Below, in pieces: positions 47,802 to 58,464 of a DNA stretch of 64,000 nt. The DNA lies in assembly GCA_033762295.1 (NCBI GenBank), contig JANRLW010000062.1, positions 16,446-80,445 of the forward strand. The letters run 5' to 3'. A model generated the notes under the pieces. It worked only from the letters and a program-made list of their open reading frames with translations, had not been told where the DNA came from and did no database searches. The position numbers were made by a program, and so were the translations under genes. The first letter of the stretch is position 1. The number at the start of each line of letters is the position of its first letter. The DNA comes from Capsulimonadales bacterium (GTDB lineage Bacteria; Armatimonadota; Armatimonadia; Armatimonadales; Armatimonadaceae).

Positions 47802-48614
47802 ATGAACAATGCATTGCTACGCGTTCTCGGATGGAAAGCGACCGTTCTGCACGGTGACCCGCTCTGCTATGACCGCTATCTCTGGCTGAAAAAGCATCTG
47901 CAGCCCGGTCCGCTCAGTACCCTGGACGCCGGATGCGGAAACGGGTGCTTCTCGTTCTACGCGGCCAGCGTCGGCAACCGGGTGCTCGGCCTCTCCTTCG
48001 ACGCGGAACAGAACGGCGCCGCCTCGGAGCGTGCGAAACTGCTGGGACTGACCAACGCGGAATTCCGGGTTCTGGACCTGCGCGACCTGCACACCGTACG
48101 CGATTCGCTGGGCGAATTCGATCAGATCATCTTGATGGAAACGATCGAGCATGTCATCAATGACCGCAAACTGGTCGCCGATCTATGCCACCATCTGAAA
48201 CCGGGCGGACGCCTTTACCTGACCACTCCTTATAAGGAGCATAAAGCCCTCCGACAGGAATACCTTTCGGAAACGGAGGACGGCGGTCATGTTCGCTGGG
48301 GATATACCCTGGGGGAAGTCCGAAACATCATGGAGTCATGCGGCCTTGAGGTGGTTGCGGAAGGCTACACCAGCGGCATGATCTCACAGAAACTGACCAA
48401 CCTGATGCGGGTCAGTGACTACCGGAACGAGAAGAAGGCCTGGGCCGCCTCCTTCCCGCTGCGGCTCTTTCAAATCACTCTGGATGCCCCCCTGACCCGA
48501 GCGATGAGCTACCCGCCGTTCGGCGTCGGTCTGGTCGGCGTCAAGAAGTCGTCGGTCGAGCCGACGGTCGGTTCGGCGCATTCCGAACGCGTTCCGGTCG
48601 GAGCCGGCCGATGA
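47802..48614 (+). CDS. Class I SAM-dependent methyltransferase
   Basis: LDAGCGNG, ETIEHV, LKPGGRL. Confidence 0.9.
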   Translation: MNNALLRVLGWKATVLHGDPLCYDRYLWLKKHLQPGPLSTLDAGCGNGCFSFYAASVGNRVLGLSFDAEQNGAASERAKLLGLTNAEFRVLDLRDLHTVRDSLGEFDQIILMETIEHVINDRKLVADLCHHLKPGGRLYLTTPYKEHKALRQEYLSETEDGGHVRWGYTLGEVRNIMESCGLEVVAEGYTSGMISQKLTNLMRVSDYRNEKKAWAASFPLRLFQITLDAPLTRAMSYPPFGVGLVGVKKSSVEPTVGSAHSERVPVGAGR

Positions 48615-50194
48615 GCGCGGTTTCGCGCGAGGGTCAGGGGTTTTCCGGTGTCGGGGCGACCGCGATCAGCCTCGGCACCTCCCCGGCGGGCGCGGCCGTC
48701 ATCACGACCGTCGTCGTCCTGCTGATCTCTCTCGTCGCCATGTTCGGCGGCGGAGAAACCCAGCGGTCCCTGCTAACCTTTTCGCTCGCCGCCATCCTTT
48801 ACGCCTCGATGGTCAATACCCCGTTCATCGGGGTGCCCCTGGCGTTGATTTACCTGAGTACGTTCAGCGTCGCCAAGCGTTACCTGATCCCGCTGCTGGG
48901 CTACTCCACCTATGACCCGCTGATTCTCGTCCAGCCGGTCATCATCTCCCTCTTCGTCGTCAACCTCCTGCTTCGCCGCCGGCTCCCGTTCGACACGCTT
49001 CTGTCGCGAATGATCGGCATCCTGCTGGTCATTATGATCCTGGAGATGGCAAACCCATTACAGGGCGGCATTCATATCAGTCTGGCAGGGGCCCTGTTTT
49101 ATATTATTCCGTTGCTCTGGTTTTATGGCGGACGTACCCTCGGCACCCACCGGGTGACCCGGGCCTTTGCCAATATCGTCATAATTACCGCAATCATGGG
49201 CGTACTCTACGCGTTTCGGCAACAGTTCTACGGTTTTACGGACGTGGAGAAGCAATGGCTCGAGCTGACCAAAAACGACGTCGGTCAGTACATCAGCAAC
49301 AACGTCATGCGCGTCTTCTCCTTTTTCAACTCGTTCGCCGAATACACGGGAGTCACTTCCATCGCGGCCATCTTCTGCTTCGTGCTTTTCCTGAACCGAA
49401 ACCGTCTCGCGATCTTTCCGTGGCTCCTTCTCATGACCGGGATTATCCTCTCCTCCAGTCGTGGCGCCTTACTCGGCACCCTTCTCGGCTGTTCGCTGGT
49501 CTGGGGTCTGCAGAGCCGAAATCCGCGCGCCTGGCTCCCCCGCCTGACGGTATCCCTCGTTCTGGGCGGATTCCTGCTCATCGCCGGCTTGAATCAGGCC
49601 CGTGACATCGAGACCAGCAACGATACGACCGATGCCCTTCTTCAATGGCAGGCCAAGGGAATTTTGAAGGCCGCCGACGCCCGGGAATCCACCGGTGTCG
49701 TCCATTCCAACCAGTTTTTTGATGGGGTCGTCCGTGGTTTCGTTCAGCCACTGGGCAACGGTCTGGGCACCACCACGATTGCCGGAGCGAAGTTCGGCGT
49801 CTATCTGGGGGCGGCGGCGGAAAACGACCTGGGCAACCTTTTCATCTCCTGCGGAGCCTTCGGCGGACTTCTCTACCTGGCGATCATGCTCTGGGCGATC
49901 TGGCGGACGGTCTGGGTCTGGCATCGTCACCGGACCTGGCTTTCGCTGGGAATCGTGGGAATGCTGGCGGCGACCGCCGGCACCTGGCTGATCGGAGGCC
50001 GTTACTCGCAGTGTATGATCATCTGGTTTCTGATCGGCTACGTGGACCGAGTGGACCGTGAGGATGACGAGCGGAAGAAACGGGCCGCCGTCGCGAAGGA
50101 AAAGGAGTCGGCGGGTGAGGAGACGGCGAAGGAATCCCTCACCTCGCCGGACAGTTCACCCAGTTCGCCCCAAACTCGGAAGGCGCAGAGCTAA
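48611..50194 (+). CDS. Wzy-like polysaccharide polymerase (multi-pass membrane protein)
   Basis: More than 10 TM segments; RVFSFF, SSSRG, PLGNGLG motifs; EPS operon context. Confidence 0.7.
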   Translation: MSAVSREGQGFSGVGATAISLGTSPAGAAVITTVVVLLISLVAMFGGGETQRSLLTFSLAAILYASMVNTPFIGVPLALIYLSTFSVAKRYLIPLLGYSTYDPLILVQPVIISLFVVNLLLRRRLPFDTLLSRMIGILLVIMILEMANPLQGGIHISLAGALFYIIPLLWFYGGRTLGTHRVTRAFANIVIITAIMGVLYAFRQQFYGFTDVEKQWLELTKNDVGQYISNNVMRVFSFFNSFAEYTGVTSIAAIFCFVLFLNRNRLAIFPWLLLMTGIILSSSRGALLGTLLGCSLVWGLQSRNPRAWLPRLTVSLVLGGFLLIAGLNQARDIETSNDTTDALLQWQAKGILKAADARESTGVVHSNQFFDGVVRGFVQPLGNGLGTTTIAGAKFGVYLGAAAENDLGNLFISCGAFGGLLYLAIMLWAIWRTVWVWHRHRTWLSLGIVGMLAATAGTWLIGGRYSQCMIIWFLIGYVDRVDREDDERKKRAAVAKEKESAGEETAKESLTSPDSSPSSPQTRKAQS

Positions 50195-51345
50195 TGAACG
50201 TGCGGCTTGCTGTGGTGACGCATAATGTCGTTCGCGGAGACGGCCAGGGAAGAGCCAACTACGAAATCGTTCGCCATGCCCTGAAGCGAGGATTTTCGGT
50301 CCATCTTTTCGCGGATCGAGTGGACGAGGATCTGATCGCGGCCGGCGCTGTCTGGAAACCGATTCAACCGGGCTTTCTGCGACGGATCAATCTCATCAAG
50401 GTCGCCTCTTTCGCGGCGCAGGCCGATCGTCTCCTCCGCAAGGCGCACGGAGAGTATGATGTCGTCCACGGGTATGGCTACTGCCTTTCCGTTCCGCATG
50501 ACGTCAATACCTCGCAGTTCGTTCACAGTGCCTGGCGGCAGTCGCCCGCCCATACCGCCCGCCAGCATCGGAACGCCTACGGGGCATATCAGTGGACCTA
50601 TTCCGCTCTCAATGCGGTCTGGGAACGCAAAGCGTACCATCGGGCGCGGCTGGTGGTCGCCGCCTCGTCGACCGTCCGGGAGGAACTGAAGCAGATCGGT
50701 ATTCCCGAAAAGCGTCTGCGAGTTATTCTCAACGGAGCCGATCTTTCCGAATTTCACCCCGCGACGCGCCCCGAAGAGAGGGAACGCGCCCCCCTCAAAC
50801 TGCCGGAGAACGTTCCCCTGGCGCTGTTTGCCGGGGACATCAAAACCCCCCGAAAAAACCTCGACACCGTCCTGAAGGCGATGGCGCTCCCGGAGGTCCG
50901 GGCGTCCGGTCTGCATCTGGCGGTCGTGGGACGCGCCGAAGGCAGTCCGTTCCCGGCGATGGCCGAGCAGCTGGGGATCGCGGATCGCGTTCACTTTCTG
51001 GATTTCCGGCGAGACATCGCGGCCATCATGCGAGCGGTCGATCTGTTCGTGTTCCCGTCCCGATACGAAGCCTGCGCCCTCGTGCTGGCGGAGGCGACCG
51101 CGTCCGGCCTGCCGATCATCACCGCTCGAACCACCGGCGGCGCGGAACTGGTGACCCCGGAGGCCGGAATTCAGGTGGACCATACCGAGGATGTCCACGG
51201 AATCGCCGCCGCGATGGCGCAACTGGCAGGCGACCCCGATCGCCGGGAACGGATGCGGCAGGCGGCGTGGCAACGCGCACAGACCAACACGTGGGAACAT
51301 ATAGCCGAACAGTATCTGAACGTCTATAACGAGTTTCGGAAGTGA
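50194..51345 (+). CDS. Glycosyltransferase family 4
   Basis: RKN; FVFPSRYEACALVLAEA (Ex7E). Confidence 0.92.
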   Translation: MNVRLAVVTHNVVRGDGQGRANYEIVRHALKRGFSVHLFADRVDEDLIAAGAVWKPIQPGFLRRINLIKVASFAAQADRLLRKAHGEYDVVHGYGYCLSVPHDVNTSQFVHSAWRQSPAHTARQHRNAYGAYQWTYSALNAVWERKAYHRARLVVAASSTVREELKQIGIPEKRLRVILNGADLSEFHPATRPEERERAPLKLPENVPLALFAGDIKTPRKNLDTVLKAMALPEVRASGLHLAVVGRAEGSPFPAMAEQLGIADRVHFLDFRRDIAAIMRAVDLFVFPSRYEACALVLAEATASGLPIITARTTGGAELVTPEAGIQVDHTEDVHGIAAAMAQLAGDPDRRERMRQAAWQRAQTNTWEHIAEQYLNVYNEFRK

Positions 51346-51395
51346 AATGAGCCGATGAGAAGCCGACGACAACCGGGCGGGAGCCGTTGCGAACC

Positions 51396-52616
51396 ATGAG
51401 AGTCCTAGTTGTCAGCCATTCCTGCGTGGTCGATGTCAACCAGCAGGTCTTTGTTGCGCTGACGCAACGACAGGGCATCGACGTCGGGCTTTTGATTCCG
51501 TCGCACTGGAAAAGCGATATCACCGGCGCACCCGTGGAGCCGCGTTTCCTCCCCGAAATCGCGACCCATGCCGTTCCGGTCATGACCGCACCGGTGCTTG
51601 CCCCCGGTCACATTACCTTCCACTGCTACAAATACCTGCCGATGACCGCCATTCGGGATTTCCGACCGGACCTGATCTTTTCGACCCAGGAGCCGTGGAG
51701 CCTGAGCAATCTGCAGGCGCTCCACCTCGCCTCTCGATTGGGATTGCCTTTCCTTTTTCAAACCAACCAGAACCTGAACAAAACGTACGCCCCGCCGTTC
51801 TCCTGGTTCGAACGTCTCTCCTACCGGCGAGCGTCGATGGCTCTCGCCTACTCCGAAGAAGCGCGTCAGGTGATGATTCGCAAGGGATTGACCGTCCCCT
51901 CGGAGGTCGTCCCGTATGCCACCGATACACGCCGTTTCCTGCCCCGGGAGACGACGGAACGACGGCGCACGCTCGGTATCGCCGATGCGACCGTCGTGGG
52001 GTACCTGGGACGACTGGTTCCCGAGAAGGGGCTTGATACGCTGATCGACGCGGTCGCGCGCCTGAAGACCGATCGACCCGTCAAGCTTCTCTTTGTCGGA
52101 GCCGGCCCTCAGGAGGCGGAGCTTCGTCAGCGAATAGCCGATGCGGGCCTGACCGAACAGGCCGTTTTCGCCGGGGTCGTTCCACACCACGAAGCCGCGG
52201 AGTACATGGCCTGTATGGACATTTTCGTCCTGCCGTCGCGCACCATGCCCAACTGGAAGGAACAGTTCGGGCGGGTCATCATCGAAGCGCTGGCCTGCCA
52301 TGTCCCGGTGATCGGCTCCGACAGCGGACAGATTCCGCACCTGCTTCGTGAGACGGGCGGCGGCATCATCTTTCGGGAAGGCGACGCCGACGACCTGGCC
52401 GGAAGCCTGAAACGGCTGATCGAATCGCCGGAGGAGCGGTCCCGACTGGCGGTCGGGGGCGCGCGTATCGTTGAGGAACGCTTCACCTGTGAGGCCGTCG
52501 CCGCTCAACTGCACCGAATCTTCGAAGGCGTCCTCGGCGCGACGCCGTCCGGCGCACCACGGCAGGACGCCGCTCGCGGTTCGCGGACCGCCTCGGAGGT
52601 CGGCAGACCCTCATGA
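51396..52616 (+). CDS. Glycosyltransferase family 4
   Basis: GRLVPEKG; EQFGRVIIEA. Confidence 0.92.
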   Translation: MRVLVVSHSCVVDVNQQVFVALTQRQGIDVGLLIPSHWKSDITGAPVEPRFLPEIATHAVPVMTAPVLAPGHITFHCYKYLPMTAIRDFRPDLIFSTQEPWSLSNLQALHLASRLGLPFLFQTNQNLNKTYAPPFSWFERLSYRRASMALAYSEEARQVMIRKGLTVPSEVVPYATDTRRFLPRETTERRRTLGIADATVVGYLGRLVPEKGLDTLIDAVARLKTDRPVKLLFVGAGPQEAELRQRIADAGLTEQAVFAGVVPHHEAAEYMACMDIFVLPSRTMPNWKEQFGRVIIEALACHVPVIGSDSGQIPHLLRETGGGIIFREGDADDLAGSLKRLIESPEERSRLAVGGARIVEERFTCEAVAAQLHRIFEGVLGATPSGAPRQDAARGSRTASEVGRPS

Positions 52617-53767
52617 AAGCCATTCTCCTCCCCAATATGGCGGAGTTTCCGGCCGTCAGCATGAAACGCTACGCGGCGGAACTGGAAGCGGCCCTGCCAC
52701 GCGTCGGCGGATCGGAGTGGGAGTTCGAGTCGTTGAACTGTCACCGTGTTAAATCGATCGAAAAACTTTTACCCGGAAAGCAGGGAGAGGCCTGGGCCAG
52801 TCGGGCGGCCCGGTTCATCACCTATCCCCGGATGGCCGCCGGAACCCGGGGCGAGGTTTATCATGTTCTGGATCACAGTCATGCCAACCTCATCCAGGCG
52901 CTGCCTCCGGACCGGGCCGTTCTTACCTGTCATGACATCATCCCCTATCTCGCCGCCCGCGGACTCGTCCCGATTCCGGTGTCACGCGTCACGGGAATCA
53001 CCTTTCCCCTGCTGCGCTTCCGGCCGATGCATCGTTGCCGCTTCATCATCTGCGACTCCGAAGCGACCCGTCAGGATCTGATCCGCTACGCCAACCTGCC
53101 GCCGGAACGACTGGTGACCGTTCATATCGGCATAAACTCGGTCTTTCATGCCGTCTCCGAAGAGGAAACGGCGCAAATCCGGGCGACGATCCGCACACGG
53201 CACCATCTGCCGCCCGATGCTCCGGTCATCCTTCAGGTAAGCACCGCCAACCGATACAAAAATACCCCCGCCCTTTTGCGCGCTCTCAAACGATTAACCG
53301 ATGAGGAGCGGTTCGGCGGCAACATCCATCTTCTTCGGATCGGCGCGGACCTGTTTCCCGAGGAGGAAGCCCTGGTCCGGGATCTGGGTTTGCGTGAGCG
53401 GATCGTCCAGGTAGGCCGCGTTAAAGAGGACCGCGACCTGGCCGATTACTACCGGGCCGCCGATGTCTTTGCCTTCCCCTCGCTCTGGGAAGGCTTCGGA
53501 CTGCCGCCCGCCGAGGCGCTCTGCTGCGGAACGCCCTCGGTCGTCTCCGCTGTCGCCTCCCTGCCGGAGGTGGTCGGGGAGGCCGGTCTGACCGTGCCGC
53601 CGACCGATGATGAGGCTCTGGCCGATGCACTGGACCGAGTCCTGAGTGACCCGGTTTTACGCGCCGATCTCCGGCGCAGGTGCCTGGAACGCGCCCAGCT
53701 CTTTACCTGGGACCGGTGCGCGCGCGGCATACTGTCCGTCTACGAGCGTGTCGTACGAGAGCGATAA
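52613..53767 (+). CDS. Glycosyltransferase family 4
   Basis: YKN; FPSLWEGFGLPPAEA. Confidence 0.92.
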   Translation: MKAILLPNMAEFPAVSMKRYAAELEAALPRVGGSEWEFESLNCHRVKSIEKLLPGKQGEAWASRAARFITYPRMAAGTRGEVYHVLDHSHANLIQALPPDRAVLTCHDIIPYLAARGLVPIPVSRVTGITFPLLRFRPMHRCRFIICDSEATRQDLIRYANLPPERLVTVHIGINSVFHAVSEEETAQIRATIRTRHHLPPDAPVILQVSTANRYKNTPALLRALKRLTDEERFGGNIHLLRIGADLFPEEEALVRDLGLRERIVQVGRVKEDRDLADYYRAADVFAFPSLWEGFGLPPAEALCCGTPSVVSAVASLPEVVGEAGLTVPPTDDEALADALDRVLSDPVLRADLRRRCLERAQLFTWDRCARGILSVYERVVRER

Positions 53768-53846
53768 TCGAATTTTACCGACGTTTCGAAAATATACCTG
53801 TTAAAATTACCAGCAACACCGGATTTCCGGTATAAAGAAGTGATCG

Positions 53847-55106
53847 ATGCAATTGTCGGCGATCGATAACCAGACCGCGAATCGTTCCCGTGTCCCGGGG
53901 GACACGGTGCCGACCCGGCGTTTCACGGTTCTATTCCTGGACCATACGGCCAAGTGGAGCGGGGGCGAGATCGCCCTGCTACGGACGCTGGAGGCATTGG
54001 ACCGTGATCGGTACCGAGCGGTCGTCGCTCTCGCCGCCGACGGTCCGTTTGCCGATCGTCTCCGGGAAATCGGCATCGAGACGCATATCTTACCGTTGTC
54101 CGAGGAGATGCGTGAGGTACGCAAGGGGAGTCTGGGCGGAGGGGGTCTCGCCGGTAAGTTTCGAGCGGCGGTAACGTTCGCCGGGTACGCCAACCGGATC
54201 GCGCGGTTCGCCCGTTCGATCGGCGCGGACCTGCTTCACTGCAATTCGCTGAAGGCGGACATCTACGGCGCGCTGGCCGGCAGGATCGCGCGAATCCCGG
54301 TCCTCTGGCATGTACGGGACCATATCGACCCGTCGTATTTGCCGGCGCCCGTCGTTCGCGTCTTTCGCCGACTGGCGAAATCCTGGCCGCAGTACGTCCT
54401 GACCAATTCGGAGAGCACACGTGCGGCGCTGTTTCCGGACGGTTCGGGGCAGCAGCGGGTAAAGGCGGTTCATGACGGCCTGTCCGAGACGGAATTAACC
54501 TCTCCGCCCCCGTCCGCCGGAACCGAATGGAAAAACTCACCGCCCCGAATCGGCATGGTGGGTAGACTGGTAGAGTGGAAGGGCCAGCACGTCTTTCTCG
54601 AAGCGGCGCTTCGCCTTTCGCAATCCGGTCGGCGGCTGGAGTTCGTCCTGATCGGCGCGGCCCTGTTTGGCGAAGAGGATTATGAAGCGCGACTGCGTCA
54701 GCAGGCGGAGGCGATTCGGTCGGCGGGCGGAGAGGTTGTCTTCACCGGGTTTCGTACCGACATCCGCGAACGTCTGCGGGATCTCGATATTTTCGTACAT
54801 GCCAGTATAACGCCGGAACCGTTCGGCCAGGTCGTGATCGAAGCGATGGCGGAGGGGTTACCGGTGATCGGAAGCGACGGGGGAGGCGTCCGGGAAATCC
54901 TGCGGACGGGAGAAACGGGTATCCTTACCCCGATGAACGATGCGGTCGCTCTGGGACAGGCCATAGAACGGTTACTGGATAATCCGGCGGAGGCCGGACG
55001 GCTCTCCGGCGCGGGCTATGCCGAGGTTCGCTCACGATTCACCGCCGCGCATAACGCTCGTCAGGTGGAAGCGGCTTACGAGGAAATGCTGGGCCGTAAG
55101 GCCTGA
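53847..55106 (+). CDS. Glycosyltransferase family 4
   Basis: GRLVEWKG; EPFGQVVIEAM. Confidence 0.92.
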   Translation: MQLSAIDNQTANRSRVPGDTVPTRRFTVLFLDHTAKWSGGEIALLRTLEALDRDRYRAVVALAADGPFADRLREIGIETHILPLSEEMREVRKGSLGGGGLAGKFRAAVTFAGYANRIARFARSIGADLLHCNSLKADIYGALAGRIARIPVLWHVRDHIDPSYLPAPVVRVFRRLAKSWPQYVLTNSESTRAALFPDGSGQQRVKAVHDGLSETELTSPPPSAGTEWKNSPPRIGMVGRLVEWKGQHVFLEAALRLSQSGRRLEFVLIGAALFGEEDYEARLRQQAEAIRSAGGEVVFTGFRTDIRERLRDLDIFVHASITPEPFGQVVIEAMAEGLPVIGSDGGGVREILRTGETGILTPMNDAVALGQAIERLLDNPAEAGRLSGAGYAEVRSRFTAAHNARQVEAAYEEMLGRKA

Positions 55107-55159
55107 TGTCGTCCGTTCGACCAATTCGGACGGACGAGGGATGGTTAAGACCGAAGCTT

Positions 55160-56365
55160 ATGAAAATCGCGATAGTTCATGATTACCTGGCGCAAGCCGG
55201 TGGTGCGGAACGGGTGGTCGAAGCCATGCATGAGCTTTGGCCGGAGGCGCCGATCTATACTTCCGTCTATGATCCGCAGGCGACCCTGCCGTCCTTCCGC
55301 CAGATGGATATCCGGACGTCGTTCCTGCAACGCTTCAAATTCGCGCGTCAGGCGAAGACGCATAAGTATGTGCTTCCGCTCTTCCCGCTCGCCTTCGAGC
55401 ACTTCGACCTGCGCGGTTTCGACGTCGTTCTCTCGCACACGACCTCCTTTGCCAAAGGGGTCATCACCGAGCCGGAGACCTGCCACATCTGCTATTGTCA
55501 TACGCCGTCCCGGTTCGCCTGGAGATATCATGAGTATATCTCCCAGGGCAACTACGATTCCCACCTGCGCTCCGCCCTTCCGTTTCTCGTCCATTTTCTG
55601 CGCAACTGGGATCTGAATGCCGCGCACCGGGTCGACTACTTCCTCTCGAACTCACACAACATCGCCCGACGGGTCAGGAAATACTACAGCCGTGACAGCG
55701 AAATCCTGTACCCGCCGGTGGAAACCCGCCGATTCAACGTCGAACCGGCCCCTTCCGCAGACTACTACCTGGTCGTCTCCCGACTCCAGGTATACAAACG
55801 AGTGGACCTGGCGATACAGGCGTGCAACAAACTGAAAGCGCCTTTGAAAATCGTCGGCGGCGGTCCCGAACTCGCCCGCCTGAAGGCGATGGCGGGGCCG
55901 ACCGTCGAGTTTCTCGGTCGGGTTCCGGACGGTCAGGTCGAGTCACTCTTTGCCAACTGCCGCGCGTTTCTCTTTCCCGGCGAGGAGGACTTCGGCATCG
56001 CTCCGCTGGAAGCGATGGCCAGCGGTCGCCCCGTCATCGCCTTTGGCAGCGGCGGCGCGCTCGAAACCATCGTCGAAGGCGTGACCGGCCTTTTCTTTTG
56101 CGAACAGACGGCCGATAGCCTGGCGGATGCGATTCAGCGATTGAACGCCATGCCGATCGACCCCCGGGTCATTCGCGAGCATTCCGAACAGTTCGATACC
56201 CGGCAATTCCACCGCCGTCTGCAGAACCTTGTCGAACTCTGTCTGGCCGATCATCGGCAACATATGTCACCGCCCCGGCCCCGTGTCTCCGGTTTGTCGC
56301 TGCAGCCGCGCCTCAACGGCACGTCGAAAGCGCGACATACGGAAGCCGTCGGGCACGATGCCTGA
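55160..56365 (+). CDS. Glycosyltransferase family 4 (WbaZ/mannosyltransferase-like)
   Basis: MKIAIVHDYL...GGAERV; EDFGIAPLEAM; an alternative start exists at 55106. Confidence 0.92.
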   Translation: MKIAIVHDYLAQAGGAERVVEAMHELWPEAPIYTSVYDPQATLPSFRQMDIRTSFLQRFKFARQAKTHKYVLPLFPLAFEHFDLRGFDVVLSHTTSFAKGVITEPETCHICYCHTPSRFAWRYHEYISQGNYDSHLRSALPFLVHFLRNWDLNAAHRVDYFLSNSHNIARRVRKYYSRDSEILYPPVETRRFNVEPAPSADYYLVVSRLQVYKRVDLAIQACNKLKAPLKIVGGGPELARLKAMAGPTVEFLGRVPDGQVESLFANCRAFLFPGEEDFGIAPLEAMASGRPVIAFGSGGALETIVEGVTGLFFCEQTADSLADAIQRLNAMPIDPRVIREHSEQFDTRQFHRRLQNLVELCLADHRQHMSPPRPRVSGLSLQPRLNGTSKARHTEAVGHDA

Positions 56366-56385
56366 CCACGATCGGAGCGAACGGT

Positions 56386-58353
56386 GTGAACGATCCCGAC
56401 AACCGAACCACCGACCCACGCCAGAGCGGGCAGGAACGCCGACGGCCCGCCGCCATCGACCCATGGGAAGCCCGGGAGCGGGAACGGGAACGGTTCCGCC
56501 GGGGCCGGTCGTCACGACGTCCCCGACCTGACCGGGAGGAGGTCTGGTCAAGCGCGGATTTCAACTTCCGGGAGAACTTTCTCGTTTTCGGGATTCTTCT
56601 GACCATCGTTCTCCTGATCGGGTCCGGTATGGCACGCTTTTCCGATGCCAACCGCTACCTGATGCTTCAGGTAGGCACCTTCCTGGTTCTCCTCCTGCTT
56701 GGAACCTGCCGGAGTTTTCAGGAGAACGTTTTTCCGGCGCTCGGTCGGGACCCTAACCCCTGGCTCCTCGGACTCACCGTCTGGACCGGTATCGCCTTCG
56801 CTCTCAGTCCCTACCGCAACTTCGCGGCCACGGAAATGCTGCGCGTCATCAGCGGCGTCGGCGTCTATTTCGTCACCGCCTACACCTTGCGCTCCCCGCG
56901 TCAGGTCTCGTTCGTCCTGTCCGGCATTCTCGGGCTGGGCGTTCTGCTTTCGCTGTATGACCTTTCTCAGGCGGGAAAGCCGGGCGCGCATTTGAACGAT
57001 ATGTTCTCGCTGCTGGGAACGCACGAGCACGCGGGATCGGTTCTGACGCTTTTGCTCCCGGTGGCGCTGGTCTTTGCCATCCATCCGGACATCGAGGAGA
57101 AACGCCGTCTTGCCGCCACCGCAGCCGGGCTGATCCTCGCTGTGGCCCTCCTGTCGTCCCGGTTTCGATCCGGATGGGTGGCGACCCTGCTCGCCGTTCT
57201 GATTCTGGCCATCCTTCATTTCCGGTATTTCCGCTCGGGGGAAAGGGACGATCGCCCGGACCGCCGTCCGGCCTGGCAAAAGGCCCTCCTCTCCCCGGTC
57301 GTTCAGGTACTGGTCGCTCTGACGGTCTTTCTCGTGCTGACCAATCTCGCCCCGCTGGTCTCACAGCGCGCCTCACTGCTTAACCTGCGCGATGACGCCG
57401 CCTTTGCCGGCCGTTTATCGATCTGGGAGGGGACGATCGGTATGATCCGGGACCGGCCGCTCCTCGGTTGGGGCCTGGGTTCCTTTCCCGTTCTGCAGGG
57501 CTGGTATACGCATATCGGCGACGATATGGCGGTCGTTCTGGCCAAGGGAACCACCCACGATAATAATGCCCACAGCTACTATCTGCAGTGGACGGCGGAA
57601 GCGGGTCTCATCGGGCTGTTCCTGCATATCGGGGTTCTGGCCTCGTTCGTTCTGACCGCACTGTACTCCATTCCCCGTCTCAAAACGCCGTTTCAGACGG
57701 CCCTGATCTCCGGCACTCTGGCGGCGGTGCTGGCGTCTCTGGTCGATTCGCTCTCCTCCCCGATGTATCACTTTGCCGGTATTCAGGCGATCCAGTACGC
57801 CTGGATCGGTCTGGGAATCGCCGCCATTCGCCCGATTCCGCGTACGGGGAGCGCGCCCGGTCCGACCACGCTTCATCCCTCGTTGACGTATCGCATCGGA
57901 GGTGCGCTCGCCGCTCTCCTGACGGTCGGCGCGGTCGGATTCTGGGTATGGCGCACCGGGGAGCGGCATCGCACCATGCCTCCCGGAACGTTTCAAATCA
58001 TCGCAGAGCCGATCGGTCCGGTCGCCCCCGGTACGACGGTTTACTGGCGGGCGGTCTTTTCCGACGCGCAGGGTATCGCCCAGCCGACGTTGCCCGGAAC
58101 GCTCTGGACGGTTCAGGGAGGCGACTCCTGGCGAAACGCCGACCAGGAGCTTCGGGAGATACGGGAGGCGGAGCCGATCCACCCGCCTCCGGGCTACTAC
58201 GCTCCGCGCCCGTCTCCCCGGCAATCGCTGTTCTCGGTACTGATACCGGGCGAGATCGGGGCGGCGAGCGTCCGAGTGAAAGCGACCTACCGGGACCGTT
58301 ACGGGCGAATCTACGAAGCGTGGTCGGAAAAGTCGATCCGCTCCCGTCGGTAA
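56386..58353 (+). CDS. O-antigen ligase / O-oligosaccharyltransferase-like protein with C-terminal soluble domain
   Basis: RSGW, RLSIW, PLLGWGLGSF, AHSYYLQWTAEAGLIG. Confidence 0.87.
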   Translation: MNDPDNRTTDPRQSGQERRRPAAIDPWEARERERERFRRGRSSRRPRPDREEVWSSADFNFRENFLVFGILLTIVLLIGSGMARFSDANRYLMLQVGTFLVLLLLGTCRSFQENVFPALGRDPNPWLLGLTVWTGIAFALSPYRNFAATEMLRVISGVGVYFVTAYTLRSPRQVSFVLSGILGLGVLLSLYDLSQAGKPGAHLNDMFSLLGTHEHAGSVLTLLLPVALVFAIHPDIEEKRRLAATAAGLILAVALLSSRFRSGWVATLLAVLILAILHFRYFRSGERDDRPDRRPAWQKALLSPVVQVLVALTVFLVLTNLAPLVSQRASLLNLRDDAAFAGRLSIWEGTIGMIRDRPLLGWGLGSFPVLQGWYTHIGDDMAVVLAKGTTHDNNAHSYYLQWTAEAGLIGLFLHIGVLASFVLTALYSIPRLKTPFQTALISGTLAAVLASLVDSLSSPMYHFAGIQAIQYAWIGLGIAAIRPIPRTGSAPGPTTLHPSLTYRIGGALAALLTVGAVGFWVWRTGERHRTMPPGTFQIIAEPIGPVAPGTTVYWRAVFSDAQGIAQPTLPGTLWTVQGGDSWRNADQELREIREAEPIHPPPGYYAPRPSPRQSLFSVLIPGEIGAASVRVKATYRDRYGRIYEAWSEKSIRSRR

Positions 58354-58394
58354 CCGCCCCCGGTTTATCCCCGTCGGCACCTCCTGACAAAGCA

Positions 58395-58430
58395 ACGGGG
58401 TCGCTTTCCGTATAGGGAAAGCGACCCCGT
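58395..58430. terminator. Bidirectional terminator between convergent genes
   Basis: ACGGGGTCGCTTTCC / GGAAAGCGACCCCGT 15-bp stem. Confidence 0.8.
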
Positions 58431-58464
58431 GATTCGTTTCGGTGGTTTCAGGGCTTCGTCGAAA

